A stretch of DNA of 64,000 bases from contig CAZPGE010000004.1 in NCBI GenBank assembly GCA_964586255.1, positions 32,693 through 96,692 of the forward strand. The letters run 5' to 3'. The position numbers and the translations under genes are program-made. Positions 35,720 through 44,724 of this stretch are shown here, piece after piece (the stretch's first letter is position 1; the number at the start of each line of letters is the position of its first letter). The notes beneath the pieces were generated by a model. That model saw only the letters and a program-made list of their open reading frames with translations, made no database searches and had not been told where the DNA came from. This DNA comes from an uncultured Candidatus Saccharibacteria bacterium (GTDB taxonomy: Bacteria; Patescibacteriota; Minisyncoccia; Phycocordibacterales; UBA2100).

Positions 35720-38197
35720 GTGCGGGAGATTCCTGCAAAAAAGCAAAGAAAGAGGTTCTTTTCCCCACGCGTTTCATTGCGTCGCCTCGGCGCAGGGCGC
35801 ATCATGGTGGACATGAGGAAGCGCTTTACGAGTCGCGGTTATTCTATTCTTGCCGCGCTCGTATTCGTCGCGCTCTTGGGGAGCATCACGGTCGCCGTAA
35901 ATTTCGCCACTCCATCAGTCAATCGGATGGCGATGTCAGCACTTGCTCCCGCGACGGGCAACGTACCTACGAGTGCGCCTGCAAGCACGGGAAAGGAGAG
36001 CGGACAGAAACAGCAATGCCAACCCGGATACGATTATGTAGTGAACAAAGATTCGAAAGGAAAACCCCAGGTTGCTGCGCAGCCAGTCTGTCCGCCTCCG
36101 GGCGAAGCTCCCAAGGGTCCCGAACAGATAAAGAGCACTCAGCAGGGTGCGGCGGCGCTCGCCCTCGCGCCAGGCACATTCGGGGAGCGCAACGACCCGG
36201 TGCGATGCGAGCTTGATGCCAAGACCAAGCAGTACAAACCTAAGAGCGACTATAAGTGCAAGGTCAAATACTGCATACCGGTTGGCGGCAACAAAAGTGA
36301 GTGTAAAGAAGTAGATAATTTGTTTGGAGCGAATAGCAGTATCGATCCTTCGGCCGTAGAGAAAGAATTGAGAGAGCCTTTGATCAAAGATATTTTAAAG
36401 AATACCGACCCATCTGAGCATCAAAAACTTCTGGGCGAAATGGGGGTATCTTCAGCGGATCAAGACATATTGAAAAAAGCATATGAGGAAGACAAGACGG
36501 AGACAAAGGCTGAGATTGCACGGAATAACAACAGATTGTCCGAAATAGAACAGGCGCTTTCAAATTGCGCATACGGTGGATGTGATGAAGGGCGCAATGC
36601 GCGAGATGCAAAGTTGCTAGAGGCCGAAAAAGCGGCGCTCGACGCAAGAAATGAGTCACTGCAGAAGCGTCTCAGTGTTCTCTCAGCTGCTGAACAACAG
36701 CATCTTAAGCCCGGCGTAGTGCCTGGCACCGACCAACCGGGCGTTGCGCAGGTCTGCAGCACGGCAGGTGGATGTGTAGGGCCAGATGGCAGACCGGTGC
36801 CCAAAAACACTTTCCGTGATCCGGGACCTGCTGCGCCGCAGGGACCCGCGGGGCCTGATTCGCCAGCACCGAGAAGTGGAGGTAATCCGATGGGATCTCT
36901 TGGCTCGCTCTTGCAAGGGCTCTTGAAGGGATTGAGCGGCTCAGGTGCGGGACAGGGTGCTCCATGCGCGTCTGATCCAAACGCGTATCAGCAACAACAG
37001 CAGCAGTATCAGATGCAGATGCAGCAGTACAACTACCAGCTGCAGCAATATAATTACCAACAGCAACAAGCGGCCACGTTTGGCGGCCCGCAGCCCCTTG
37101 CCCCTGTGCCTCCAGCGGCATGCACGCCGAACGCGGATTCAAATACATGTCCTGCCGCTCCTGTGCAGCCGAAGACGGGATGCGCCAATGGCTCATGGAA
37201 GCCCGTGACTACACAGGGGTCAAATGGACGCCAGTGCACTACAAACTGGCAGTGCACGCCAAGCAACGCGGTCACGCCGACCGCGGAACTCTCATGCCAG
37301 CCAAAGGTCGCCGATGTGGGAATGTCAGTGGCCATATCTTTTTCATGCGCCAACGCGACAGGAAGCTCGGGTGCTGGCGGGGGATTCTCCACCGACAATC
37401 AAACATCGGGTTCGACGACGACCGTGATAGCGACCCCGCCGACGGGTGCTACGGGCATCACGTACGCGCTCACATGCCGCAACGAGAATCTGACTGCTCG
37501 CGCTGAATGTAGTGTGCAGATATCAAAACCGACCATCGTGTTACTTGCCAATCCGAAGAATGTTGTCTCTGGGGAGTCCTCGAGAGTCGGATGGGTGACC
37601 AGTGGCATGCAGTCGTGCGTCGTATCGAGCCCTCAGATGCCGGGTTTCACTACGCAAAACGCGAGCAATAAAAACGTAAATGGTGTCGCAACAACCTCGC
37701 CACTCACACGCAATACCACGGTGGTACTGACATGCCAGACTATCGGGGGTAGCACAAAAGCGGCTTCGACCACAATAGTGGTGGGCAACAGCACATCGAC
37801 ATCGGTCATGACGGTCTCGTCGACTATTGATGGTCGGACGGATGTAAAACATGGCGCCTCTACGACGATTTCATGGCAGACACCTTCGGCACCGTCCAAC
37901 TCTGCGGTCGCGCTCTGGCTCGTCGATTCTCAGAGTGGTCAGGCGACAGGACTCATCCACCGCTCGGCAAACACGTCGGGCTCGTACGTGTGGGCGATTC
38001 CGGCCACGAGCTCACCATGCGCAGTCGATTCTCCTGCAGTTTGTGGTGCGGATCTCGTCGTTGGTCGCACGTATTCGATACAGGCGTCGCTTTTCACACC
38101 TCCCAATGCGTATCTTGGCGGACTTCCGCCAGCAGACCCTATAACACCGACGTACCTCGACGAAGCATCTACGGCGAACTTCAAGGTGAGTAACTAG
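35720..38197 (+). CDS. large Cys-rich, Q/N-rich cell-surface protein with repeated Ig-like modules (N-terminal membrane anchor)
   Basis: GTG start per the ORF track; an alternative ATG is at about 35804. Poly-Q/N tract QQQQQYQMQMQQYNYQLQQYNYQQQQ. Repeated modules 'V.W.SxG..SCxV.SP...........LTC.T.GG' are shared with the 27122 protein. Confidence 0.5.
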   Translation: MREIPAKKQRKRFFSPRVSLRRLGAGRIMVDMRKRFTSRGYSILAALVFVALLGSITVAVNFATPSVNRMAMSALAPATGNVPTSAPASTGKESGQKQQCQPGYDYVVNKDSKGKPQVAAQPVCPPPGEAPKGPEQIKSTQQGAAALALAPGTFGERNDPVRCELDAKTKQYKPKSDYKCKVKYCIPVGGNKSECKEVDNLFGANSSIDPSAVEKELREPLIKDILKNTDPSEHQKLLGEMGVSSADQDILKKAYEEDKTETKAEIARNNNRLSEIEQALSNCAYGGCDEGRNARDAKLLEAEKAALDARNESLQKRLSVLSAAEQQHLKPGVVPGTDQPGVAQVCSTAGGCVGPDGRPVPKNTFRDPGPAAPQGPAGPDSPAPRSGGNPMGSLGSLLQGLLKGLSGSGAGQGAPCASDPNAYQQQQQQYQMQMQQYNYQLQQYNYQQQQAATFGGPQPLAPVPPAACTPNADSNTCPAAPVQPKTGCANGSWKPVTTQGSNGRQCTTNWQCTPSNAVTPTAELSCQPKVADVGMSVAISFSCANATGSSGAGGGFSTDNQTSGSTTTVIATPPTGATGITYALTCRNENLTARAECSVQISKPTIVLLANPKNVVSGESSRVGWVTSGMQSCVVSSPQMPGFTTQNASNKNVNGVATTSPLTRNTTVVLTCQTIGGSTKAASTTIVVGNSTSTSVMTVSSTIDGRTDVKHGASTTISWQTPSAPSNSAVALWLVDSQSGQATGLIHRSANTSGSYVWAIPATSSPCAVDSPAVCGADLVVGRTYSIQASLFTPPNAYLGGLPPADPITPTYLDEASTANFKVSN

Positions 38198-38664
38198 AGT
38201 CCGAAGAATTCTACAACTTTGTGTGTGAACGGTTCTTGCATGTGTCGTTCCTCGATGCGCTCTTTAAGATATGCGCGCACAAGTGATGGCTCTATGTGTT
38301 CTATCGGCAGAATCATATTGGGCGAGAGCCACTTCGTCGTGTCGATGAGGAGCATAGGGCTATCATCATGGTCGTCTTCGACCCAGAACGCGAGTATTTC
38401 ACGATACGGATGCATTTTTCCGTTGATACGGATTCCCTTATCCGAAAGTTCAAAATGCGCAATCTCCGGCGGAGTGCGAGAGATAAGCGCAAGTGTTCCG
38501 GCGGCCAGGAGTATCAGAAGCGCAAAAAAGAAATCCTGAAAAAGCACGCTTGTTACAGCGACAGAGATGGCGACAACACCAAGCGCCCAATACCAATCAC
38601 TGCCTCTTTCGATGTGCTCGTGTTCGTATGCGCTCCACCGAAGGACGACATTTTCTTCAGACAT
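38194..38664 (-). CDS. hypothetical membrane protein
   Basis: Start taken at the internal ATG (MSEENVV...). The ORF-track N-terminal extension runs through tRNA-Ser. Confidence 0.4.
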   Translation of the reverse strand: MSEENVVLRWSAYEHEHIERGSDWYWALGVVAISVAVTSVLFQDFFFALLILLAAGTLALISRTPPEIAHFELSDKGIRINGKMHPYREILAFWVEDDHDDSPMLLIDTTKWLSPNMILPIEHIEPSLVRAYLKERIEERHMQEPFTHKVVEFFGL

Positions 38665-38740
38665 AACGTAAGATTTATACGCATTGTACCATCGGACGCT
38701 GTACGAGGACCTGAAACGTGGTACAACGTCAGCTACAGAG

Positions 38741-38825
38741 GGAGGGGTGGCAGAGTGGTCTAATGCACCTGTCTTGAAAACAGGAGTGGGGCAACCCACC
38801 GTGAGTTCGAATCTCACCCCCTCCG
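38741..38825 (+). tRNA. tRNA-Ser (anticodon TGA), type II with a long variable arm
   Basis: Acceptor GGAGGGG/CCCCTCC, anticodon loop CTTGAAA, variable arm GTGGGGCAACCCAC, T-arm GTGAG-TTCGAAT-CTCAC, discriminator G. Confidence 0.85.
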
Positions 38826-38896
38826 CCTTCGCCTCGCAGTAGCTCGGCTTCGGCGTGACGCAGTCCGCAGAAGAAGAGCGAAGGCGGGAAAATAAT

Positions 38897-39139
38897 ATGT
38901 ATTACGCATATAGTCTAAGATGCAAAGATGGTTTCTATGTTGGCTGTACTGATGATATTCAAGAGCGATTAGAGCGTCACCAAAAGGGGCAGGTCCCTGC
39001 AACCGTAGATCGTCTGCCTGTCGCGCTTGAGTTCTACTTTGCCATTGAAGATAAGTACAAAGCTTTTGAGTTTGAGAAATATCTTAAGTCGGGTTCAGGT
39101 CGAGCATTTATCAACAAACATTTTGTTAAGATGAGCTAA
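38897..39139 (+). CDS. GIY-YIG nuclease-superfamily small protein (UPF0213-like), AT-rich
   Basis: 'MYYAYSLRCKDGFYVGCTDDIQERLERHQKG' shows the GIY...YIG motif. About 42% GC against about 57% for the flanks. Immediately 3' of tRNA-Ser. Confidence 0.65.
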   Translation: MYYAYSLRCKDGFYVGCTDDIQERLERHQKGQVPATVDRLPVALEFYFAIEDKYKAFEFEKYLKSGSGRAFINKHFVKMS

Positions 39140-39202
39140 CTTCCTCGAAGGGTAGTGTCAGAAGAAGAATGTTCCGCCGTATCTGACCCATAGAGATGGA
39201 GA

Positions 39203-39577
39203 ATGGAAAAAATAAAACCGCCCTATCAAAGTCGCATGAACACATTTAAAGGAATTGTGCAGGAGGGCTCCAAGCGAGCGCGGGCACTTGGGTATCCGAC
39301 CGCAAATATCAAGCAAGACGACCGCTCGATAAGCGGTGTGTATGCCGCAATCGTGCGTATCGACAAGGCGATGTATCATGCGGTGGCTTTTGCAGACCCT
39401 GCGAGGCAGCTTCTCGAAGCGCACATATTTGGAGTCAACGAATCGATGTACGGCCGGAATATGTCGATAGAGTTGATGCAGAAAATTCGCGAAACGGTGC
39501 GGTTCGAAGACGACGAAGCGCTTCGTCTTGCTATCGAAGAAGATATTGCAAAAGTCCGCGAATACTTTAATACATAG
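39203..39577 (+). CDS. monofunctional riboflavin kinase
   Basis: 'FKGIVQEGSKRARALGYPTANI' is a riboflavin kinase motif. The true start may be the internal Met (about 39236). Confidence 0.7.
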   Translation: MEKIKPPYQSRMNTFKGIVQEGSKRARALGYPTANIKQDDRSISGVYAAIVRIDKAMYHAVAFADPARQLLEAHIFGVNESMYGRNMSIELMQKIRETVRFEDDEALRLAIEEDIAKVREYFNT

Positions 39578-39582
39578 TGTAT

Positions 39583-40167
39583 ATGTTTGCCGGCATCATA
39601 GAAAAAAAGGCACGGGTTCTCAGTGCCGAGAAAAGTGGGCGGATTCTCCGCGTGCGCGTGGAAAAGCCACGTGCATGGAAGCTCGCACTCGGACAGAGTG
39701 TCAATATTGATGGCGTATGCTCGACGGTCGTCCACACTTTGGCCGCATCTTTCGATGTCGAATACATGCCCGAGACGCTCTCAAAGACGGCGGCCGGCTC
39801 GCTTGCGAAAGGGCGAGTGGTCAATCTCGAGCGCTCGCTCACGTATGGTCAGCGGATTGATGGGCATCCGGTGCAAGGTCATGTCGATACTTCGACACCG
39901 GTACACGAAATCCGTTCGCTTGGAAAATCGAAAGAGATTACCATCAAGCCGAGTGTACTTCTCGCTAGGCAGGCAGCGCTTCACGGTTCGATTGCTCTCA
40001 ATGGCGTGAGCCTCACGATTGCACGCAAACACGGGCCCAACATTACGGTCGCGCTTATCCCACACACGCTCTCTTCGACAAATCTCGGGGCGCTCAAGGT
40101 GGAGGATGAAGTTAATGTCGAATTCGACCACTCCGCCGCTTATCTGGCTGGGCTGCAAAAGAAGTGA
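39583..40167 (+). CDS. ribE: riboflavin synthase alpha subunit
   Basis: 'MFAGIIE' N-terminus and a duplicated lumazine-binding repeat ('GQSVNIDGVCSTV' / 'SIALNGVSLTI'). Confidence 0.8.
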   Translation: MFAGIIEKKARVLSAEKSGRILRVRVEKPRAWKLALGQSVNIDGVCSTVVHTLAASFDVEYMPETLSKTAAGSLAKGRVVNLERSLTYGQRIDGHPVQGHVDTSTPVHEIRSLGKSKEITIKPSVLLARQAALHGSIALNGVSLTIARKHGPNITVALIPHTLSSTNLGALKVEDEVNVEFDHSAAYLAGLQKK

Positions 40168-40179
40168 TACGGTGCCTGT

Positions 40180-40644
40180 ATGTTACGAAAAGAATTTCTC
40201 AAAAAGGCGCAGGTGCAAGATGCGTCAAAGCTGAAAATCGGCATTGCGGTCGCCGATTTTAATCCCGACATCACGGGGAGTATGCTGAGCGGCGCTCTCG
40301 AAGTACTCGGAGAATGGGGCGTCAAAGAAAAAAACATCACCGTATACCATGTATACGGCTCTTTCGACCTCACGTATGCGAGCGAGCTACTGCTGCGAAG
40401 CAAAAAGCCGGATGCGATTATTACGATCGGCTGCATCGTGAAAGGTGAGACCGACCACGACAAACACATCGCGTCTGCGGTATTCAATGGCCTCACGAAT
40501 CTCACTATCAAGTATGGGAAGCCGATTTCACTCGGTATCCTGACGACGAACAATCTTGCACAGGCAAAAGAGCGCTCGCGCGGCAAGACAAATCACGGCG
40601 AAAAGGCAGCCATCGCCGCCATGCGTGCCGCCCTCCTCAAGTAA
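40180..40644 (+). CDS. ribH: 6,7-dimethyl-8-ribityllumazine synthase
   Basis: 'KIGIAVADFNPDIT', 'VYHVYGSFDL' and 'IITIGCIVKGETDH' match the lumazine synthase family. Confidence 0.85.
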   Translation: MLRKEFLKKAQVQDASKLKIGIAVADFNPDITGSMLSGALEVLGEWGVKEKNITVYHVYGSFDLTYASELLLRSKKPDAIITIGCIVKGETDHDKHIASAVFNGLTNLTIKYGKPISLGILTTNNLAQAKERSRGKTNHGEKAAIAAMRAALLK

Positions 40645-41058
40645 ATGACGCGCGTCATGGTCTTTGGGACGTACGACATGCTCCACGAGGGGCATCTCGA
40701 CTTTTTCCGCCAGGCGCGCTCACTGGCTCCGGACTCAGCACTCATAGTCTCCGTTGCGCGCGATACGGCCGTCGCGCGAATAAAAGGCGCCAGTCCGCGC
40801 CGCTCGGAAGAGAAGCGACTTGCACTCGTGAGCGCGTGCGAGCTTGTTGATGAAGCAGTTCTCGGGGATACAGAGGGGTACATTGCGCATATTCTTGAAG
40901 CGCGACCCGAGATTATCGCGCTAGGCTATGACCAAGAGGGAGAATATGTGCAATCGCTTGAAGATGATTTGCGACGTGCGGGACTTGTCACCACAGTGAC
41001 GCGGCTTGCCGCATACAAACCGGATGTGTACAAAACCTCCTTCTTGTCGCAGGATTAA
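40645..41058 (+). CDS. cytidylyltransferase-fold FAD synthetase, archaeal RibL-like (FMN adenylyltransferase)
   Basis: '[14 protein letters not shown]' (HxGH nucleotidyltransferase motif) and '[15 protein letters not shown]'. Gene context is the riboflavin cluster. Architecture resembles archaeal RibL. Confidence 0.55.
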   Translation: MTRVMVFGTYDMLHEGHLDFFRQARSLAPDSALIVSVARDTAVARIKGASPRRSEEKRLALVSACELVDEAVLGDTEGYIAHILEARPEIIALGYDQEGEYVQSLEDDLRRAGLVTTVTRLAAYKPDVYKTSFLSQD

Positions 41059-41061
41059 TGT

Positions 41062-41475
41062 ATGAGGTACTTGGGAATTGATTTTGGCGCGAAGCGCATA
41101 GGCGTCGCAATATCCGACGAGGGCGGTTCAATCGCATTTCCGCGTGCGGTTCTCGACAATACCAAGCAGACACTCTCGCTTCTCAAGAAAGATATCGAAG
41201 AACAAAAAATTGGCTGCATCGTCGTGGGAGACACGATGAGCTACTCAGGACTCCGCAATCCTGTGACAGACGATGTCGACACATTTATAGACGCGCTAAA
41301 GAGGGAGACGGGGATACCTGTCGAGCGTGCATTTGAGGCGGGGAGTTCAATCGAGGCATCGCGGTATGCGCCGGATGGCGCACCACACGACGACTCGGTG
41401 GCGGCAGCCGTAATACTCCAACGATTTCTCGAAATGAAGGTGCGCTCCGATGACCATTCTCCAGGACACGAATAA
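41062..41475 (+). CDS. ruvX: YqgF/RuvX-family putative pre-16S rRNA nuclease / Holliday junction resolvase-like protein
   Basis: 'MRYLGIDFGAKRIGVAISD' with catalytic Asp, and 'GCIVVGDT'. Confidence 0.8.
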   Translation: MRYLGIDFGAKRIGVAISDEGGSIAFPRAVLDNTKQTLSLLKKDIEEQKIGCIVVGDTMSYSGLRNPVTDDVDTFIDALKRETGIPVERAFEAGSSIEASRYAPDGAPHDDSVAAAVILQRFLEMKVRSDDHSPGHE

Positions 41476-41576
41476 CTTTCTGCTGAAAGTTTTCTCTGCT
41501 CGCACTGTCGTGCTTCGCACGGTCCTGTCAAACGGTCATGCTCCGCTAAATCAGGGAAATGCGCTAGAATCAATTC

Positions 41577-41909
41577 ATGGCTGATGAGATTACATACGAC
41601 GATTTTGCAAAATTGGAGATTCGTATAGGCACCGTGATTGCAGCGGAGTTGGTGCCCGATACAGACAAGCTCATCAAATGCACGATAGATTTCGGCGAGT
41701 TTGGTGAGCGCACGATTGTTTCCGGCATCGCAGAGTGGAAGAAACCCGAGGAGCTCGTCGGAAAACAGCTCCCATACATCGTGAATTTGGCACCGCGCGT
41801 GTTGCGTGGCGTGGAAAGCCAGGGAATGTTGCTCGCACTCTCTGATTCAGAAGGACTTGCGCTGTTACAGCCAGAAAGATTTGTAGAAAAAGGTACGAAA
41901 GCAAAGTAG
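41577..41909 (+). CDS. tRNA-binding domain protein (CsaA/Trbp111-like OB fold)
   Basis: 'LEIRIGTVIAAELVPDTDKLIKCTIDFGE...' resembles the MetRS C-terminal/EMAP-II tRNA-binding domain. Confidence 0.65.
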   Translation: MADEITYDDFAKLEIRIGTVIAAELVPDTDKLIKCTIDFGEFGERTIVSGIAEWKKPEELVGKQLPYIVNLAPRVLRGVESQGMLLALSDSEGLALLQPERFVEKGTKAK

Positions 41910-41938
41910 CGCGAATTTCTCTTGGTATAATTGCTCGT

Positions 41939-43075
41939 ATGAGTTTGTCCTCAGGGCAGTCTGCTTTTGCACAGCGGACACGTTCTCTATCTCACGCACT
42001 CACGCGTGCCTTCCCCACACCATCGCTGCTTACGCCTCCGGCGGCAGGCATCGATATCTCGGACTCTTCCATAAAATGGATGGTCCTTTCCCCGCATCCC
42101 GAGACCCATCGCATCATCACATACGGCGAAATGCCGCTTGAGCAGGGGATAGTGACTGGCGGGATTGTTCGCGATGTGGCCAAGCTCTCAGCAGTCCTGC
42201 GCCAGGTCCGCTCGGAGCTTGGAGGCGTATCGAGCGTACACGCCGCACTTCCCGAAGAAGCAGCGTATGTGTTTGGCATGCATGTGCCACGAGGGACAGC
42301 GCGCCAACAGACGCTCCGCATGATTGAGTTTGAATTCGAGGATCGTGTGCCCATACCGCCATCTGCGGCTGTGTACGATTACAGCGTCATTCTTCCTCGC
42401 GACACCGAAGTTGATGATGAGATAAGCGTCGTGGTGTTTCCGCGAGAGATTGCGGAGGCATACACAGAGGCGTTTGAGAAAGCGGGGATAACACTCCTCT
42501 CTCTCGAGATTGAAGCTCGTTCTATCGCGCGGGCGGTCTCTTTGCGCACTTCTGATGAGCCCATCACCTTGCTTGTCGACTTTGGTCGCGCGCGAACAGG
42601 TTTTGCGGTTGTGAAGCACGGATATCCCATTTTCACTTCAACCGTCGAGGTGGGGGGTGATCTCATGACGTCGGCACTTATGCAGTCGCTCTCGCTGACC
42701 CCCGAAGACGCAGAGTTGTTCAAGAACGAGCACGGCCTTGTTCCTACTGAGGGAAAACTCGCGAAAGGTCTCGAGGTCGTGAGTGGCGTCGCTTCCGCGC
42801 TCGCAGAGGAAGTCGCGCGGCATTACCACTATTGGGATACGCGTCGCAACGATAAGGGTGAGCGCATGACCCCTGTAGGAAAAATTATTCTCATAGGAGG
42901 AAGTGCGAACTTGCGCGGACTGCCTGAGTATATTGCGGGTAAAGTGCACGCACCCACAGAGATAGGAAATGTATGGCAACACGTAACGAAGTTTGAAGAC
43001 TATGTCCCGCCGATAGATAAGCGAGAATCATTGCAATTCGCGACTGCTGTAGGTCTTGCATTGCGCGGCATCTAA
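41939..43075 (+). CDS. pilM: type IV pilus assembly protein PilM (actin-like ATPase)
   Basis: Actin-fold motifs ('GIDISDSSIKWMVL', 'LLVDFGRARTGFAVV', 'IILIGGSANLRGL'), followed by pilN/O-like genes. Confidence 0.8.
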   Translation: MSLSSGQSAFAQRTRSLSHALTRAFPTPSLLTPPAAGIDISDSSIKWMVLSPHPETHRIITYGEMPLEQGIVTGGIVRDVAKLSAVLRQVRSELGGVSSVHAALPEEAAYVFGMHVPRGTARQQTLRMIEFEFEDRVPIPPSAAVYDYSVILPRDTEVDDEISVVVFPREIAEAYTEAFEKAGITLLSLEIEARSIARAVSLRTSDEPITLLVDFGRARTGFAVVKHGYPIFTSTVEVGGDLMTSALMQSLSLTPEDAELFKNEHGLVPTEGKLAKGLEVVSGVASALAEEVARHYHYWDTRRNDKGERMTPVGKIILIGGSANLRGLPEYIAGKVHAPTEIGNVWQHVTKFEDYVPPIDKRESLQFATAVGLALRGI

Positions 43076-43077
43076 AT

Positions 43078-43596
43078 ATGGCAAACGTACTACCAATCGC
43101 ATCGCAAAAGAAAGTATGGGCCATGTATCGCTCAAGGCTCATTCTCGTGACAAGTCTCGTACTCCTCGGGCTTGCTGCCGCTACTGCGCTCACGCTTTTC
43201 CCAAGCTACGTCGCACTGCAGATAGTGACCTCTTCTGAGGCGAATGCGAATGCGGCTCCTGAGGAAGACAGAACAAGCGCGTTTGCACTCGAGAGAAGCC
43301 AGTTTCTGATTCGTGAGTTGAGGCCAATTTTGGGAGCGACATCGTCGCCGATGAGTGCGGTGGAATCAGCGCTCGCGGTCAAGCCAGCCGGTGTGCGCAT
43401 TACACGAGTAATCTACATGGGTGGTGAAGGCGAGGGGCGGGTCACTCTAGTCGGCGCCGCGAGTCGTGACCAGGTCAGTGCGTACAAAGACGCGCTCACC
43501 AACTCAGGCCTCTATACATCCGTATCAGTTCCGGTAGGCGCGCTTGTTGGCTCGGAGGGGGGAGGGTTCTCGATTGTGTTCTCAGGCGCATTCTAA
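43078..43596 (+). CDS. pilN: PilN-like pilus assembly protein (single N-terminal TM)
   Basis: Single TM near the N-terminus, located immediately after pilM. Confidence 0.6.
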   Translation: MANVLPIASQKKVWAMYRSRLILVTSLVLLGLAAATALTLFPSYVALQIVTSSEANANAAPEEDRTSAFALERSQFLIRELRPILGATSSPMSAVESALAVKPAGVRITRVIYMGGEGEGRVTLVGAASRDQVSAYKDALTNSGLYTSVSVPVGALVGSEGGGFSIVFSGAF

Positions 43597-43599
43597 ATT

Positions 43600-44151
43600 A
43601 TGCACAAAACCATTACATATCTTTCGTGGCTCGCGCTCGCGCTCGCGTTCGTCTCATGGGGTGGTGTAGTGTACGGAAGTCTGTGGTTGCGGGATGAAGC
43701 GCGTGTGAGAGGGGCGAGCGTCCAGAGCGCTGAACAGAAGACTGCGCAGGCTGCGTACGCCTCGCGCCTCAAATCACTGGCGCGCGAGACAGAAACTGAC
43801 CGTGCGAACCTTGAGACTTTATCGCGCAGCGAAATCGTGGCCATCGCCAATGCCATCGAGGCAGCAGGTCGTAGTATCGGTGTTGCGGCAAAAGTGAATG
43901 CTGCGATACCGGCGGGCAATGCAAAAGATATTCCTGGCGGTGCGCCTTTGAACAGTGTTGCATTCATCGTTCAGGGAGAGGGCTCGTTCTCGGGTGTCGT
44001 CCAGCTCGTGCGCGTGCTTGAAAAATTCCCGGGTTTTTCGCAGGTAGAACAATTTGAGTTTGAGCGAGCTCAATCTATTGAAGGAGCGAAGCAGCCGTGG
44101 CGAACAACTATACGTCTTCGGATTTATACGACCGCTGATATCGCATCATGA
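43600..44151 (+). CDS. pilO: PilO-like pilus assembly protein
   Basis: N-terminal TM and coiled segment. Position within the pilMNO operon. Confidence 0.55.
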   Translation: MHKTITYLSWLALALAFVSWGGVVYGSLWLRDEARVRGASVQSAEQKTAQAAYASRLKSLARETETDRANLETLSRSEIVAIANAIEAAGRSIGVAAKVNAAIPAGNAKDIPGGAPLNSVAFIVQGEGSFSGVVQLVRVLEKFPGFSQVEQFEFERAQSIEGAKQPWRTTIRLRIYTTADIAS

Positions 44152-44480
44152 ACTCTCTAACGCACATATGGAATTCCCTGAGGACCTTTTATGAGGCCCG
44201 TCACGAACCGGAGAATATGCGCCCTCTTGCAGAGGTGTATTGGCGCGTGCTTCTCGTGTCCGCGCTCGTCGCCCTTGCCGGGATACTTGCGTTTGGTGTG
44301 TGGGAATTTATCGGCGTCACACAGAAGCTCAATGCGGGCGCAGGCCTCAAGAGCTCGGAGCAATCGGACGTACTTTCGAGAAAGGAGCTTACTGAAGTGC
44401 TCGATCTCTACCAGGCGCGCCAAGCCGAATTTGATGCAGCGAAAAGGAGCAGGGCGACAGTACCTGACCCTTCCAGATAA
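44148..44480 (+). CDS. small membrane protein (possible pilus-assembly accessory, PilP-position)
   Basis: Overlaps the pilO stop. Single TM. Confidence 0.4.
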   Translation: MNSLTHIWNSLRTFYEARHEPENMRPLAEVYWRVLLVSALVALAGILAFGVWEFIGVTQKLNAGAGLKSSEQSDVLSRKELTEVLDLYQARQAEFDAAKRSRATVPDPSR

Positions 44481-44528
44481 TTGACCGCGCCCGTCTGTGC
44501 GGTTACGCTGTGCATGTTCTCGGAGTCT

Positions 44529-44600
44529 GCCCTCGTAGCACAATGGATAGTGCAGGACTCTTCTAAGGTCTTGATGGGGGTTCGATTCCCTCCGAGGGCA
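44529..44600 (+). tRNA. tRNA-Arg (anticodon TCT)
   Basis: Acceptor GCCCTCG/CGAGGGC, D-loop AATGGATA, anticodon loop CTTCTAA, T-loop TTCGATT. Confidence 0.85.
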
Positions 44601-44604
44601 ATAG

Positions 44605-44678
44605 GCGCGCTTAGCTCAGTTGGTTAGAGCATCTCGTTTACACCGAGAGGGTCGGGGGTTCGAATCCCTCAGCGCGCA
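44605..44678 (+). tRNA. tRNA-Val (anticodon TAC)
   Basis: Acceptor GCGCGCT/AGCGCGC, anticodon stem TCTCG/CGAGA, loop TTTACAC, T-loop TTCGAAT. Lies 4 nt after tRNA-Arg. Confidence 0.85.
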
Positions 44679-44724
44679 CCGGAATTTGCCGTTTGTGGGG
44701 CGTGGTGTTATAGTGCCGCGACGT

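Noticed and set aside
38665-38817. N-terminal extension of ORF 38194-38817 (MRFELTVGCPTPVFKTGALDH...)
   Set aside because: This part is the reverse-strand translation of tRNA-Ser(TGA). The real start is taken at the internal ATG (38664).
39140-39235. FMN riboswitch upstream of the riboflavin kinase gene
   Set aside because: The intergenic space is about 95 nt and lacks the conserved RFN-element sequence blocks.
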